The notes: a model not told the origin generated them from the sequence alone. A stretch of DNA of 64,000 bases from an uncultured Peptostreptococcaceae bacterium (GCA_964404895.1 CAYOLV010000003.1:252561-316560); one strand, 5' to 3'; shown: positions 28,403 to 38,491, numbered from the stretch's first letter. Made by a program: numbers and translations.

Positions 28403-29299
28403 TCAAAGTATCATTTCATTTCGTTTTCGTTTGGTTTGGCGTAAAAAAGTTTCAAGTCCTTCAAAATCGTTTTGGATTAACAATTGTTTCACATGGAACA
28501 ACTGCTTTTCGTATGCCTCCATCGCTTCCAAAAGGTGATTCTTGTTGTAAAAACAAATATCTTTCCAGATTTTTTCGTTACCCCCTGCAATTCGAGTCAT
28601 ATCTTTGAAGCCCCCTGCGATATAGGGTTTTAAGTTCTCTAATGACTGTTCTTCGCCCTCTGTTGCCGCTGACATGAGAAGTGCGGCGCTAATGTGGGGC
28701 AAGTGACTGGTTCTGGCTACAAGGGCGTCATGTCGATGAGGATCCACCCACTGGGTCACACTTCCTATTTCTTGTATCAAATTTTCCAGCGCCTCTTTGG
28801 TGTCTGGGTCTAAGTCGCCCCCTTGAGTCAGAAAAAATGTAGCCCCTTGGTAAAGGTCTTTTCGACCGTGAATGCCGCCGCTTTTTTCTGAACCGCACAT
28901 GGGGTGACCGCCTACCCACTTGATATGCTTGTCCTTAGGCAGATGGGCTTCCATTATGGGGTTGAAGAACCCTTTCACACTGCCTAAGTCCATGAGTAGG
29001 GCATTTTCTTTTACGGCTGGAGCAATGGCCTTAATCAAGGTTTCATAAGCACCTAGAGGACAAGCCAGTATAATTAAGTCTGCTTCTTTGACTGCTGATT
29101 CAGGACTCAAGTGTTTTTCCATTTCTGGTAAATCAGTTCCCACTGGGTCGTAGGTCGTAATTTGGCGTTTTTCCTTAGGATTTTGCTCCTTATCCGCATC
29201 TGCTAAGGCTAACCCAAAGGAACTGCCCATCAGTCCAAGTCCTAGAATAGCAATCTTTCTAAAGGGACCATTGGCTTCGTTTTTCATGTTGGTCAGCAC
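28403..29299 (-). CDS. tyrA: prephenate dehydrogenase
   Basis: Rossmann [14 protein letters not shown] and catalytic [12 protein letters not shown] motif. The start could be an internal ATG a few codons downstream. Confidence 0.85.
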   Translation of the reverse strand: MLTNMKNEANGPFRKIAILGLGLMGSSFGLALADADKEQNPKEKRQITTYDPVGTDLPEMEKHLSPESAVKEADLIILACPLGAYETLIKAIAPAVKENALLMDLGSVKGFFNPIMEAHLPKDKHIKWVGGHPMCGSEKSGGIHGRKDLYQGATFFLTQGGDLDPDTKEALENLIQEIGSVTQWVDPHRHDALVARTSHLPHISAALLMSAATEGEEQSLENLKPYIAGGFKDMTRIAGGNEKIWKDICFYNKNHLLEAMEAYEKQLFHVKQLLIQNDFEGLETFLRQTKRKRNEMIL

Positions 29300-30128
29300 C
29301 CCTTCCTAAAATGTGGTGAATACTTTCCAGTTCTGTCATAAGAGTGGAGAATTTTTTAGGTTTCAAGGATTGGGGTCCGTCCGAAAGGGCTTCTGATGGG
29401 TTGTTGTGAACTTCTATCATTAACCCGTCTGCCCCTATGGCTACGGCTGCTCTTGAAAGGGGGCCTACCATTTCCCATTTCCCAGTGGCATGGCTTGGAT
29501 CGATGATGATAGGCAGGTGTGAAAGTTCTTTCACTGCGGTGACTACATTGAGGTCTAGAGTATTTCTCATGTGAGTCTCGAAGGTGCGAATACCTCTTTC
29601 GCAGAGAATGACTTTCTCGTTGCCGCTTGCCATAATGTACTCTGCCGCCATGAGGAATTCTTCTAGGGTTGCAGACATGCCTCTTTTCAACATGACGGGT
29701 TTGTTCAGTTTCCCTACTCTTTTCAGTAGTGAGAAGTTTTGCATGTTGCGAGCTCCAATTTGAATAATGTCTGCGTAAGCGTCAATCAAATCTAAGTCCT
29801 CAGATGCCATTAACTCTGTGACTACTGGCATTTTGTATCGTTCCCCTGCCTGTTTCAAAAGAATGAGTCCTTCTTCGCCCATCCCTTGGAAAGCGTAAGG
29901 CGATGTTCTTGGCTTGAAAGCGCCTCCTCTGAGAATATTGGCGCCTGCGGCTTTCACCGACGCGGCAATGGTCATGATTTGCAGTTCGCTTTCTACGGCG
30001 CAAGGGCCTGCCATAACGACTAAGCTTCCACCGCCTATGGTCACATCTTTGACTCTGACAATGCTGTTTTCCTCTGGATTGGTTTTGGCTACTAAGGGAC
30101 ATGCTTTGGTGATGGTTTCTAAATTCAT
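29259..30128 (-). CDS. aroF: 3-deoxy-7-phosphoheptulonate (DAHP) synthase, type I-beta
   Basis: [20 protein letters not shown] and [10 protein letters not shown] motifs. Start ATG 30128 with AGGAGG RBS (30134-30139). The 3' end overlaps tyrA. Confidence 0.88.
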   Translation of the reverse strand: MNLETITKACPLVAKTNPEENSIVRVKDVTIGGGSLVVMAGPCAVESELQIMTIAASVKAAGANILRGGAFKPRTSPYAFQGMGEEGLILLKQAGERYKMPVVTELMASEDLDLIDAYADIIQIGARNMQNFSLLKRVGKLNKPVMLKRGMSATLEEFLMAAEYIMASGNEKVILCERGIRTFETHMRNTLDLNVVTAVKELSHLPIIIDPSHATGKWEMVGPLSRAAVAIGADGLMIEVHNNPSEALSDGPQSLKPKKFSTLMTELESIHHILGRGADQHEKRSQWSL

Positions 30129-30160
30129 AAGATCGCCTCCTGATGTTTGTGGGGTGTTAG

Positions 30161-30211
30161 TTGAGACAAAAAACAAAGTAAGACGCTCTCGAGAGGAGAG
30201 CGTCTTACTTT
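30161..30211 (-). terminator. intrinsic terminator inside the aro operon leader (attenuator terminator)
   Basis: Perfect 16-bp stem (30175-30190 pairs with 30196-30211, loop 5 nt) followed on the minus strand by TTTGTTTTTTGT. Sits between the leader ORF stop and the aroF RBS. Confidence 0.8.
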
Positions 30212-30248
30212 AATCGTCTATGGTTTAATCCAAATTGATTTCACTGGG

Positions 30249-30410
30249 CTATAACATGTACCCCAGCGGTAAGGTTCTTCTTCGATTCAGTGTCAGATGA
30301 AATTTTCTGCATCTAAAGTAGCCAACGCTAAAATAATAATAGCCTTGGAAGAAGAAGAAAAAGTTATTCAATTGTCGGCTGTTACCTTTTAAGTCCAACA
30401 ATTTATTCAT
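30249..30410 (-). CDS. candidate Phe/Tyr-rich leader peptide of the aro operon (53 aa; not in ORF track)
   Basis: Hand translation: MNKLLDLKGNSRQLNNFFFFFQGYYYFSVGYFRCRKFHLTLNRRRTLPLGYML, stop TAG 30249-30251. GAGGTG RBS at 30417-30422, 6 nt before ATG 30410. Confidence 0.6.
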   Translation of the reverse strand: MNKLLDLKGNSRQLNNFFFFFQGYYYFSVGYFRCRKFHLTLNRRRTLPLGYML

Positions 30411-30473
30411 CGGGTACACCTCATCAAATGTTTTTGGTTTTGTTTTCGTGTTTGGTTCTTTTAGGTTTTTACC

Positions 30474-30503
30474 ACTATACTAAAAAAGCCTGACAAAGGT
30501 CAA
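30474..30503 (-). promoter_or_regulatory. candidate sigmaA promoter of the aro operon leader
   Basis: Minus strand: TTGACC (30498-30503), 18-nt spacer, TATAGT (30474-30479). The -35 lies inside the aroE terminator hairpin. Confidence 0.5.
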
Positions 30504-30515
30504 GGCTTTTTTTTT
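30482..30515 (-). terminator. rho-independent terminator after aroE
   Basis: Minus strand reads AAGCCTTGAC-cttt-GTCAGGCTT (one bulged T) followed by TTTTTT. Lies ~40 nt after the aroE stop. Confidence 0.7.
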
Positions 30516-30551
30516 GAAAATTTAGAGATTTATTTGAATTTTCTTGCAAAA

Positions 30552-31469
30552 TTATTTGAATAAACCTTCCGTTTCAAAAAGAAGGTGCTTGGTGCCTTCA
30601 AGGTCAATCTCTCGTTCTTCCCAAAGTTGTTCACTAAGCAAAGCTTGAAAAATCAACATTTCCACTCCATAAATACACTTTGCGCCCATACCTCTGGCAC
30701 GTCTTAAAAAAAGAGTCTCATGAGGTTTATACACAATATCACAAAAAATTGTATTTTTATTAAATAGTTCAGGATTGATGGGTGTATGCTCTGTATCTGG
30801 CAGCATGCCCACACTGGTAGTATTGATGACGAGATTGTAGTCACTGCACGCGGGGGTCAGGTTATCAGCCGACAACGGGTCTGCCATCATACCTTCTGTT
30901 AAATCGTCTTCTCGTTGGCGAACCCATGGATTATCCTCGGTACCGTACCCCTGGCTTTCAATGTTGTAAAGTTCCCGAACTGCAGCTGACAATTCTGAAG
31001 CACGTGCCTTGGTTCTGTTGAACACGTCTAACCTAGCAACCTCTGCCATGGATAGGGCATGGACAATGCCTTTTGCCGCTCCACCAGCCCCTAATATGAG
31101 TACTTTTAAACCTTTTGGCTCAACTTCATGATATTTTAAAGACGTCAAGAACCCCAGCCCGTCTGTGTTATAACCTTTTTTGATGCCATTTTTGACCACG
31201 ACGGTATTTACCGCCCCCATTTTCTCAGCGAGAGGATCCACTTCGTCTAAAAAGGCCATGACGGACTCTTTGTGTGGAATGGTGATGTTAAAGCCATTGT
31301 ACCCTTTTAGAATAAAAGCCTCCAAGGCTTCACCCAATTCCTCGGGCGAAACCTCAAAGGCTTCATATGTGGCTTCAATATCGTTGTATGCAAAACTCGT
31401 CCGATGAATCAGTGGGGACTTTGAACCTGTCACGGGTGCGCCAATTAGCGCATATTGACCTCTAGACAT
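30552..31469 (-). CDS. aroE: shikimate dehydrogenase
   Basis: SKSPLIH, YNTDGLGF and GAGGAAKG motifs. Contains an acidic insert (YGTEDNPWVRQREDDLTEGMMADPLSADNL) that I do not recall in typical AroE. Confidence 0.88.
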   Translation of the reverse strand: MSRGQYALIGAPVTGSKSPLIHRTSFAYNDIEATYEAFEVSPEELGEALEAFILKGYNGFNITIPHKESVMAFLDEVDPLAEKMGAVNTVVVKNGIKKGYNTDGLGFLTSLKYHEVEPKGLKVLILGAGGAAKGIVHALSMAEVARLDVFNRTKARASELSAAVRELYNIESQGYGTEDNPWVRQREDDLTEGMMADPLSADNLTPACSDYNLVINTTSVGMLPDTEHTPINPELFNKNTIFCDIVYKPHETLFLRRARGMGAKCIYGVEMLIFQALLSEQLWEEREIDLEGTKHLLFETEGLFK

Positions 31470-31472
31470 AGC

Positions 31473-32580
31473 CTACACCTCATTTTTGAATTTTAACCAC
31501 GCATTGATAAATTGGTCTATTTCCCCATCCATAACCGCTTGAACGTTTCCGCTTTCAGCGCCTGTACGGTGATCTTTGACCAGATTGTAAGGGTTGAAAA
31601 CATAGGAACGGATTTGGCTGCCCCATGTGATTTGTGAATAATCCCCTGCCAAGTCATCAATTTTTTCTTTATTTTCACGCTCTTTTAGCTCAATGAGCTT
31701 ACCTAAGAGCATTTTCATAGCTGTTGCTTTGTTGTTATGTTGAGAGCGCTCATTTTGACAACCTACCACAATTCCTGTGGGAATATGGGTAATTCGAATG
31801 GCACTGTCGGTCATGTTAATGTGCTGACCGCCTGCCCCTGAAGCTCTAAAGGTATCTATTCTCAGATCTTTTGGGTCGATTTCCACTTCCAAAGACTCAT
31901 CTAGCTCTGGCATGACATCTACTGAAGCAAAAGAAGTGTGTCGCTTGCCCGAAGAATCAAAGGGCGAAATTCGCACCAAGCGGTGCACCCCTTTTTCGCT
32001 TTTTAAAAATCCGTAGGCATTCTCGCCTTCAATCAGCAAGGAAACGTCTTTAATCCCTGCTTCTGAGTCCCGAATAATATCTAAAATACGGACTTTATAG
32101 CCTTTGGCTTCTGCCCAGCGGTGGTACATTCTGAAAATCATTTCTGCCCAGTCTTGAGCGTCCAGTCCTCCAGTTCCCGCATGAACGGACAACATGGCGT
32201 TATTCTTGTCATATTGTCCAGACAAAAGGGTTTCTAGCATTAATTTATCTATGGAATCTTCAAGGCTTTTGATGCCTGAAAGTATTTCGCCTTCCAAACT
32301 TTCTTCGCCCTCGTCGATGACCATGTGGGACAAGACTTCCAAATCTTCTAGTTGTCTGCAGAGTCCTTCAAATAACTCAATTCTATCTTTCAGACCTTTG
32401 GCGCGCTTTAATACTTTTTGCGCTTCCTCAGCGTCGTTCCAAAACTCATTTTGAAGGGATTTTTGTTCCAGTTCGTTGTACACCGATTTCATCCGATCGA
32501 TGTCAAAGTGAACCACCCAATTCTGTTAATTTCGCGCTCAATTCTTTCAGGTCACGCAGACCCTGTTCGATGGATAACAC
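31473..32580 (-). CDS. prfB: peptide chain release factor 2, requires programmed +1 frameshift
   Basis: Frame 0: GTG 32580 ... VLSIEQGLRDLKELSAKLTELGGSL then TGA (32503-32505). The +1 frame continues DIDRMKSVYNELEQK... to 31473. SPF (ISPFDSSG) and GGQ (SGAGGQHINMTDSA) motifs are present. The track shows only the 347-aa downstream part. Confidence 0.9.
32502..32518 (-). other. RF2 +1 frameshift site
   Basis: Minus strand reads GGGTGGTTCA CTT TGA C: an SD-like GGTGGT sits 3 nt before the slippery CTT, followed by in-frame TGA with C context. This is the canonical prfB autoregulatory site. Confidence 0.9.
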
Positions 32581-32617
32581 AACCTCACCTCATTTTGTTT
32601 ATACATTTCTATTGGAT

Positions 32618-35299
32618 TTAGTCGTTCATCCCACAGCATTTTTTATATTTTTTACCGCTGCCACAAGGACACGGATCGTTACGGCCTACTTTTTCTTCAG
32701 TCTTAGTCAACTTCACATCGCCCACTTCACTGCCCCCGGACTCACCTGTAATGGTTGCCACTTGGGTTCTTGTAGTGTCGGTGTTCATTGAGGCATGGAA
32801 GAGGAATTTGAGTGTGTCTTCTTGAATGTTGAAGACCATTTCGTCGAACATGTCAAAACCTTCTTTTTGGTAGGCTCTGACTGGATCTTCCTGTCCATAA
32901 GCTCTCAAGCTGATGCCTTGCTTAAGCTGTTCCATGTCGTCGATATGATCCATCCATTTTTGGTCAACGACTCTGAGAAGGATAAATCTTTCAAGCTCTC
33001 TCATATTTTCAGAACCGAACTCAGCTTCTTTGGCTTCGTAAAGCTGATGGGCTACAGATTTGAGTCTTTCAATCAGATCTTCTCTGCGTTCTACACCTTG
33101 CATAAGTCCTTCTAAATAGCCTCTTTCAAGGAAGATTTGATGGTAATGTTCTTCCATTTCTTTGAGGTTCCAATCTTCTGGATAATCTGAATTAGCTGTA
33201 TACAAGTTGGTATTGGACTCAATAATGCCGTCTACCATAGTTTGAATATAGTCTTTAAGGTCTTCACCCAATAATACTTTTTTACGCTCGCCGTAGATGA
33301 TACCTCTTTGTCGGTTCATAACGTCATCGTATTGGAGGACGTGTTTACGAATGCCAAAGTTTCTGCCTTCCACTTTCTTTTGAGCATTTTCAATGGATTT
33401 AGAAAGAATATTGGCTTCTAGCGGTGTTTCATCGTCCATACCCAGTTTGTCTACCATGTCTTTAACTTTATCACTGACGAAGAGTCTCATGAGTTCGTCT
33501 TCAAAGGACAAGTAGAATCTTGAAGAACCTGGGTCACCTTGACGACCGGCACGACCACGGAGCTGATTGTCTATACGTCTTGATTCATGTCGCTCTGTAC
33601 CAATAATGTGAAGTCCGCCTACAGATTTAACTGCATCACCGTCTGCATCTGTTTCTGCTTTAAATCTAGCATAAATTTCTTCATAAACGGCTTTTGCCGC
33701 AATAACTTCTGGATCGTCTATAAATAATGGGCTAAGTACCAAGTTGATAATGTGCTCGCTGTATTCAAGCTTCAACATTTCATTTTTAGCCATGAACTCG
33801 GGGTTACCACCAAGAAGGATATCCGTACCACGACCTGCCATGTTGGTAGCAATGGTCACCGCATTTTTACGGCCTGCCTGTGCAACGATTTCTGCTTCTC
33901 TTTCATGTTGTTTCGCATTGAGGACTTCATGTTGAATGCCTTTGCGTTTAAGAAGACCGCTCAAGTATTCTGAGGTTTCAATTGAAATGGTACCCACGAG
34001 AACGGGTTGTCCCTTAGCGTGTCTTTCAATAATGTCATCAATAGCCGCTTTGAACTTGCCGTCTCTTGAACGGTAAATCAAGTCTGCCATATCGTCTCTT
34101 AAAATTGGTTTATTAGTTGGAATACTCACAACGTCTAAATTGTAAATGTGTCTTAACTCATCTTCTTCTGTTTTAGCTGTACCCGTCATCCCTGAAAGCT
34201 TGTTGAACATACGGAAGTAGTTTTGGAGGGTGATGGTCGCCAACGTTTGAGACTCTTTTCTAACTTCGAGAGACTCTTTTGCTTCAATGGCTTGGTGAAG
34301 ACCATTTGAGTAACGACGGCCTTGCATCAAACGCCCTGTGTGTTCGTCGACGATTAAAATCTCTCCGTCTTTTACAACATAATCTACATCTTTTTTCATC
34401 ATGTAATGGGCTTTTAAGGCTTGGTTTACATGGTGGGAGATTTCCATATTTTCAGGATCCGAAAGGTTTTCGATTTGGAAGAACTTCTCAGCTTTTCCAA
34501 CGCCGCTTTCATCTGTAAGCACAACTGATTTTTGTTTTTCGTCTACGACATAGTCAACTTCTTTGACCAGTCCATGGGCAAAAATATCTGCTACGCGATA
34601 AAGGTCAGTTGATTTGTCCCCTTCTCCCGAAATGATCAAAGGCGTTCTGGCTTCATCGATTAAGATGGAGTCGACTTCATCGACAATGGCGTAGTTGAGT
34701 ACTCTTTGAACCATATTTTCTTTGAATACAACCATGTTGTCTCTGAGATAGTCAAAACCGAACTCGTTGTTTGTTCCATAGGTAATATCACAGTTATAAG
34801 CCTGTCTTCTTTGTTCTGGTGACATACTGTGCAAAATACAGCCCACAGAAAGACCAAGGAAATTATAAAGTTTCCCCATCCACTCCATTTGATGTTTTGC
34901 TAAATAGTCATTGACCGTAACAATGTGAACCCCTTGTCCGCTGAGGGCGTTGAGGTAGGCCGGTAAAGTCGCGACAAGAGTCTTACCTTCACCTGTTTTC
35001 ATTTCCGCAATTCGACCTTGGTGAAGCACCATGCCCCCCAGTAATTGCACTGGGAAAGGTCTCATGCCTAAAGCTCTGACAGAAGCTTCTCTGACTACTG
35101 CAAAAGCTTCAGTTAACAAGTCATCTAATGTCTCGCCAGCTGATAATCTTTCTTTAAACTCAATTGTCTTTTGTCCAAGCTCTTTATCTGAAAGTTTCTG
35201 CATTTGAGCTTCTAACAACTCAACTTTAGCCACTTCTTTGAAAAATTTCTTGATTTCACGTTCACTTATTTTATTTGAAAATATATCTAATATTGCCAT
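32618..35299 (-). CDS. secA: preprotein translocase ATPase SecA
   Basis: Walker [15 protein letters not shown], a DEAD-like [19 protein letters not shown], and a C-terminal zinc motif [14 protein letters not shown]. Start preferred at ATG 35299 (AGAGAGGA 8 nt upstream) rather than 35308. Confidence 0.95.
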   Translation of the reverse strand: MAILDIFSNKISEREIKKFFKEVAKVELLEAQMQKLSDKELGQKTIEFKERLSAGETLDDLLTEAFAVVREASVRALGMRPFPVQLLGGMVLHQGRIAEMKTGEGKTLVATLPAYLNALSGQGVHIVTVNDYLAKHQMEWMGKLYNFLGLSVGCILHSMSPEQRRQAYNCDITYGTNNEFGFDYLRDNMVVFKENMVQRVLNYAIVDEVDSILIDEARTPLIISGEGDKSTDLYRVADIFAHGLVKEVDYVVDEKQKSVVLTDESGVGKAEKFFQIENLSDPENMEISHHVNQALKAHYMMKKDVDYVVKDGEILIVDEHTGRLMQGRRYSNGLHQAIEAKESLEVRKESQTLATITLQNYFRMFNKLSGMTGTAKTEEDELRHIYNLDVVSIPTNKPILRDDMADLIYRSRDGKFKAAIDDIIERHAKGQPVLVGTISIETSEYLSGLLKRKGIQHEVLNAKQHEREAEIVAQAGRKNAVTIATNMAGRGTDILLGGNPEFMAKNEMLKLEYSEHIINLVLSPLFIDDPEVIAAKAVYEEIYARFKAETDADGDAVKSVGGLHIIGTERHESRRIDNQLRGRAGRQGDPGSSRFYLSFEDELMRLFVSDKVKDMVDKLGMDDETPLEANILSKSIENAQKKVEGRNFGIRKHVLQYDDVMNRQRGIIYGERKKVLLGEDLKDYIQTMVDGIIESNTNLYTANSDYPEDWNLKEMEEHYHQIFLERGYLEGLMQGVERREDLIERLKSVAHQLYEAKEAEFGSENMRELERFILLRVVDQKWMDHIDDMEQLKQGISLRAYGQEDPVRAYQKEGFDMFDEMVFNIQEDTLKFLFHASMNTDTTRTQVATITGESGGSEVGDVKLTKTEEKVGRNDPCPCGSGKKYKKCCGMND

Positions 35300-35461
35300 T
35301 ATTTCCATCCTCTCTTGACTTAAAAATATCTTTTATAATTATAGCACACCGCTATATCGCCTTTATATTTCGTTTGCGTGACAAGTCTATGAATTAGAAA
35401 TGAACAGGCTGTGTACTTTTTTATCAAGTCATTGAAAGAATGCACCTCAACTACTGCAAGG

Positions 35462-36055
35462 CTATAATTTTGATCGGATTGAGAACTTTAGCATTTTAGT
35501 CTTGGTTTTGAAATGGTAATGCACCATTTCCCCTTGAATAAAATAGATAATCGCAATGGTAATGATTAAATCGCCTAAGCTAATAACCTTGGCGAGTGGG
35601 TATGGTTCAGGAATCGGAATTGTTTTGCCTAGCCACTTCAGTACCGCTGCAGCTTGATCAAATGGCACCAAATTAATAACGGTACCCGCTTTTACAGACT
35701 CCGCGTAGGCACTAAGTCCTGCCCAGTTGGCAATGTCTAAATTGACTGGCATTTTTCCACCGTGAACGGCCATGACCAGCAAATTTAAAAACGCTCCTAA
35801 AGCAAGTATTCTGAACCCTTTTAGGCGCCAATTCATGAGGACGGCTATAAAAATACATACCATTCCTGCATATGGTGCCCACTGAAGTAAGCTGATGCTC
35901 TCCGTTAACCTTGTTGCAACTATCGGAATAATTTGCAGCAATGCCCCGATGAAAATCAGATACCAACCCTTAAATTCAATTTCCATTAAATGATACCAGC
36001 GACCATTTCTCATAACCCCAATGATCAGACCTATCAAAATTGCTTCAATGATCAT
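35462..36055 (-). CDS. DUF5317-like integral membrane protein
   Basis: ~197 aa, multi-TM, beginning MIIEAILIGLIIGVMRNGRW. AGGAGG sits 9 nt upstream of ATG 36055. Family name from memory. Confidence 0.5.
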   Translation of the reverse strand: MIIEAILIGLIIGVMRNGRWYHLMEIEFKGWYLIFIGALLQIIPIVATRLTESISLLQWAPYAGMVCIFIAVLMNWRLKGFRILALGAFLNLLVMAVHGGKMPVNLDIANWAGLSAYAESVKAGTVINLVPFDQAAAVLKWLGKTIPIPEPYPLAKVISLGDLIITIAIIYFIQGEMVHYHFKTKTKMLKFSIRSKL

Positions 36056-36501
36056 AAGACACAACCTCCTTTAACCGTAGGTGCTCGAACCTGCCTGGAT
36101 GTCTCGAAAAATGCCAGGTGAAGCAGAATGCCAAATCCCATTAAAAGATTGCCAAAACTCACAGATTTCGGATAGGGATATGGCGGTGGCAGATGAATGA
36201 CATCGCTTAAAAATGATAGTTTGGTTTGCTCTGTAATAAGATAATGAGCAAAAACTTGTTCCTTTTCCAGCGCCAAATAGGTTTCGTTATAACCTAAATG
36301 GGCAAGAATTGTACCGTCTACCCAAGTAGTTCCGCCACTGAACACGACAATTAGCCCATTGAGCATTAATCCTAGCCCCATGAGCTTAAGGCCTTTGTAG
36401 CGATAGGTGTTCATATCCCTCATCGAAAGGCTCGTATATTTATTTCCCTCTCGTAGGAGCAAGAGGATCATCGTACCCAAAATTAAAGATTGAATTAACA
36501 T
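36052..36501 (-). CDS. small integral membrane protein, divergent paralog of the downstream DUF5317-like gene
   Basis: 149 aa starting MLIQSLILGTMILLLLREG, with hydrophobic segments. Overlaps both neighbours (operon). Confidence 0.45.
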   Translation of the reverse strand: MLIQSLILGTMILLLLREGNKYTSLSMRDMNTYRYKGLKLMGLGLMLNGLIVVFSGGTTWVDGTILAHLGYNETYLALEKEQVFAHYLITEQTKLSFLSDVIHLPPPYPYPKSVSFGNLLMGFGILLHLAFFETSRQVRAPTVKGGCVL

Positions 36502-37808
36502 ATTTCCTCGCAGCCATCTAATGACTCTTCTTCATGTTTCTCTGCAAATCTAGTAATAAATTCATCGACACAAGCCTCAAAAGCCTCGACTACTTCAGGG
36601 TGAAATTGTAAGCCCTTTTCTGTTCGAATAGCTTCAATCGCTCGGTCTTCAGTCATAGCCAGCCGATAAATTCGATTGGATGTCATGGCGTCAAAGGCAT
36701 CCGCAACCGATATGATTGCAGATTCTCTAGGTATTTCTTCTCCCATAAGGCTATCAGGATACCCGTTACCGTCATATCTTTCGTGGTGATGTTTCACAAT
36801 TTTAGCAATCTTTTTGAGTGCTTTGACATCTTTCAGAATTTGATCTCCAATTTCAGGGTGCCTGCGAATTTCATAAATCTCATTCATCTCAAGGCGCCCC
36901 GGTTTATTGATAATGGCATCTGCAATACCAATTTTTCCAATGTCATGGAGTACCGCAGCAGTTTTAATGACTTCTATTTGATTGGGCAGCATTTGCATTT
37001 TTGCAGCAATGAGCACAGAAAATTCCGCTACCCTCATGGAATGACCGTTGGTGTAATTATCCTTTGCATCTAGCGCATTGGACAAGGTTTTGATGGTGTC
37101 AAAATACTGTTGTTTCATGTCAATATATAGTTTAAAAGAATATCTGGCCATAATAAGAGGCCCTAGAATCAATGTTACCATAAACCAACCACTTTTTTCA
37201 AAGGCGATGGCCATAATAATCCCAATGGGCGCCATGGCGATTAGATTGAAGGCCACCCATTTTAAATCCTTTAAAAGGTTTTTTAAGGTTCTCCGTTCCA
37301 GCACTCTATGTAAAACCAATAACAGCAAGAGGTGTACACTTATATACACACATATGGCTGTAAACATTCCTAAGAGGTTGAATCCATGAAGCATACCATA
37401 AGGATATTGTTTTGAAATTTCATGATATACACATGCCGATAGATAAGTCCCAATGGCATGAATGCTTGCACTATAAATACGTTTATAAAAAGAGCCCTTT
37501 AGCTGAAAAAAACAAAATCCAACTTCATAATAAACCTTTAAAAGGCTTCCGAGAAAAACAATAACAGCTGCTGTTCCAGGGTTAAAAATAATAAGACTTG
37601 CCATACTCACAGCAAACCCAGCAGAGATATATTGGTCTTTAGAAAATTGAATAATTAAGGATTCTGCCACGATTGAGAGAAGCACAAAAAAAATCAATTG
37701 CAACTCAATAGGATTCTCTATAACGTTTATAAACCCGACTGCACAAATCAACAAACCTAAAAAGCTATATAAGCCCGTGCATAAATTGAGTTTAGTCGTT
37801 TGTTTCAT
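36495..37808 (-). CDS. membrane-anchored HD-GYP domain protein (predicted c-di-GMP phosphodiesterase)
   Basis: N-terminal ~230 aa with multiple TM helices. C-terminal HD-GYP domain: HSMRVAE, LHDIGKIG, HHERYDGNGYP. Confidence 0.8.
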   Translation of the reverse strand: MKQTTKLNLCTGLYSFLGLLICAVGFINVIENPIELQLIFFVLLSIVAESLIIQFSKDQYISAGFAVSMASLIIFNPGTAAVIVFLGSLLKVYYEVGFCFFQLKGSFYKRIYSASIHAIGTYLSACVYHEISKQYPYGMLHGFNLLGMFTAICVYISVHLLLLLVLHRVLERRTLKNLLKDLKWVAFNLIAMAPIGIIMAIAFEKSGWFMVTLILGPLIMARYSFKLYIDMKQQYFDTIKTLSNALDAKDNYTNGHSMRVAEFSVLIAAKMQMLPNQIEVIKTAAVLHDIGKIGIADAIINKPGRLEMNEIYEIRRHPEIGDQILKDVKALKKIAKIVKHHHERYDGNGYPDSLMGEEIPRESAIISVADAFDAMTSNRIYRLAMTEDRAIEAIRTEKGLQFHPEVVEAFEACVDEFITRFAEKHEEESLDGCEEIC

Positions 37809-37896
37809 GTGAACTCCTTTTCAGTACTGCCGTGTTTATAAATTTTTACGCTTGGAATCATTATACTTGATTGGAGAGCGGAAATAAATAGATACA

Positions 37897-37931
37897 GAAA
37901 AAATCGGGCATTCTATAAGGAATGCCCGATT
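37897..37931 (-). terminator. rho-independent terminator after hpf
   Basis: AATCGGGCATT / AATGCCCGATT 11-bp stem. On the minus strand it is followed by TTTTTT (A-run 37897-37903). Confidence 0.8.
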
Positions 37932-37957
37932 TTAAAGGGATTTATTCAGTATTTTTC

Positions 37958-38491
37958 TTATTCAATAGGTTCAATTAAACCGAACTTTCCATCTTTTCTA
38001 ACATAAACGACATTCACTTCATCATTTTCGCTATTTTTAAAGACGAAGAAGTTATGACCTAACATTTCCATTTGAAGAATCGCTTCTTCGGCATCCATTG
38101 GCTTAATAGGGAATTTTTTCGTTTTGACTACGGTGTGATCTGCCTCTACCATATTGGCGGACATTGGAATCTGCTCAAATCGAATGGTGTCATGAGATCT
38201 AAATCTCTTTTCAAGCTTTGTTTTGTGTTTCTGAATTTGTCTTGCTAGCTTGTCTACAGCAAGATCGATAGAAGTATACATGTCTTCTGAAGACTCTTCA
38301 ACTCTAATAATCACGTCATTTTTAAGAGGAATAGTCACCTCAAAAATCTGTCTAGTCTTTTGAACTCCCATGGTTGCATGCACATCGATATCACTTTTGA
38401 AATACTTTTCGTATTTTGAAAGTTTATCCTCAACTGCATTTTTTAGAGCCTCAGTTACTTCAATGTTTCTTCCTTGTACAATAATGTTCAT
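37958..38491 (-). CDS. hpf: ribosome hibernation promoting factor (long HPF)
   Basis: 177 aa with an N-terminal S30AE/YfiA domain (MNIIVQGRNIEVTEALK...) plus the C-terminal dimerisation domain (FFVFKNSENDEVNVVYVRKDGKFGLIEP). Confidence 0.92.
   Translation of the reverse strand: MNIIVQGRNIEVTEALKNAVEDKLSKYEKYFKSDIDVHATMGVQKTRQIFEVTIPLKNDVIIRVEESSEDMYTSIDLAVDKLARQIQKHKTKLEKRFRSHDTIRFEQIPMSANMVEADHTVVKTKKFPIKPMDAEEAILQMEMLGHNFFVFKNSENDEVNVVYVRKDGKFGLIEPIE

Noticed and set aside
30212-30300. Possible T-box riboswitch in the aro leader
   Set aside because: The only T-box-like string on the minus strand (CTGGGGTACATG) matches about 5 of 12 positions of GGTGGTACCGCG. It lies ~45 nt upstream of the terminator rather than overlapping its 5' arm. 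I found no specifier-loop/AG-bulge architecture. This should still be confirmed with a covariance-model search.
36660-36668. GCCGATAA (-10 of sigma-28) on the plus strand inside the HD-GYP gene, and GCCGATAT at 2625-2633 inside gdhA
   Set aside because: There is no TAAA at the required 15-nt distance, and both are intragenic and antisense.
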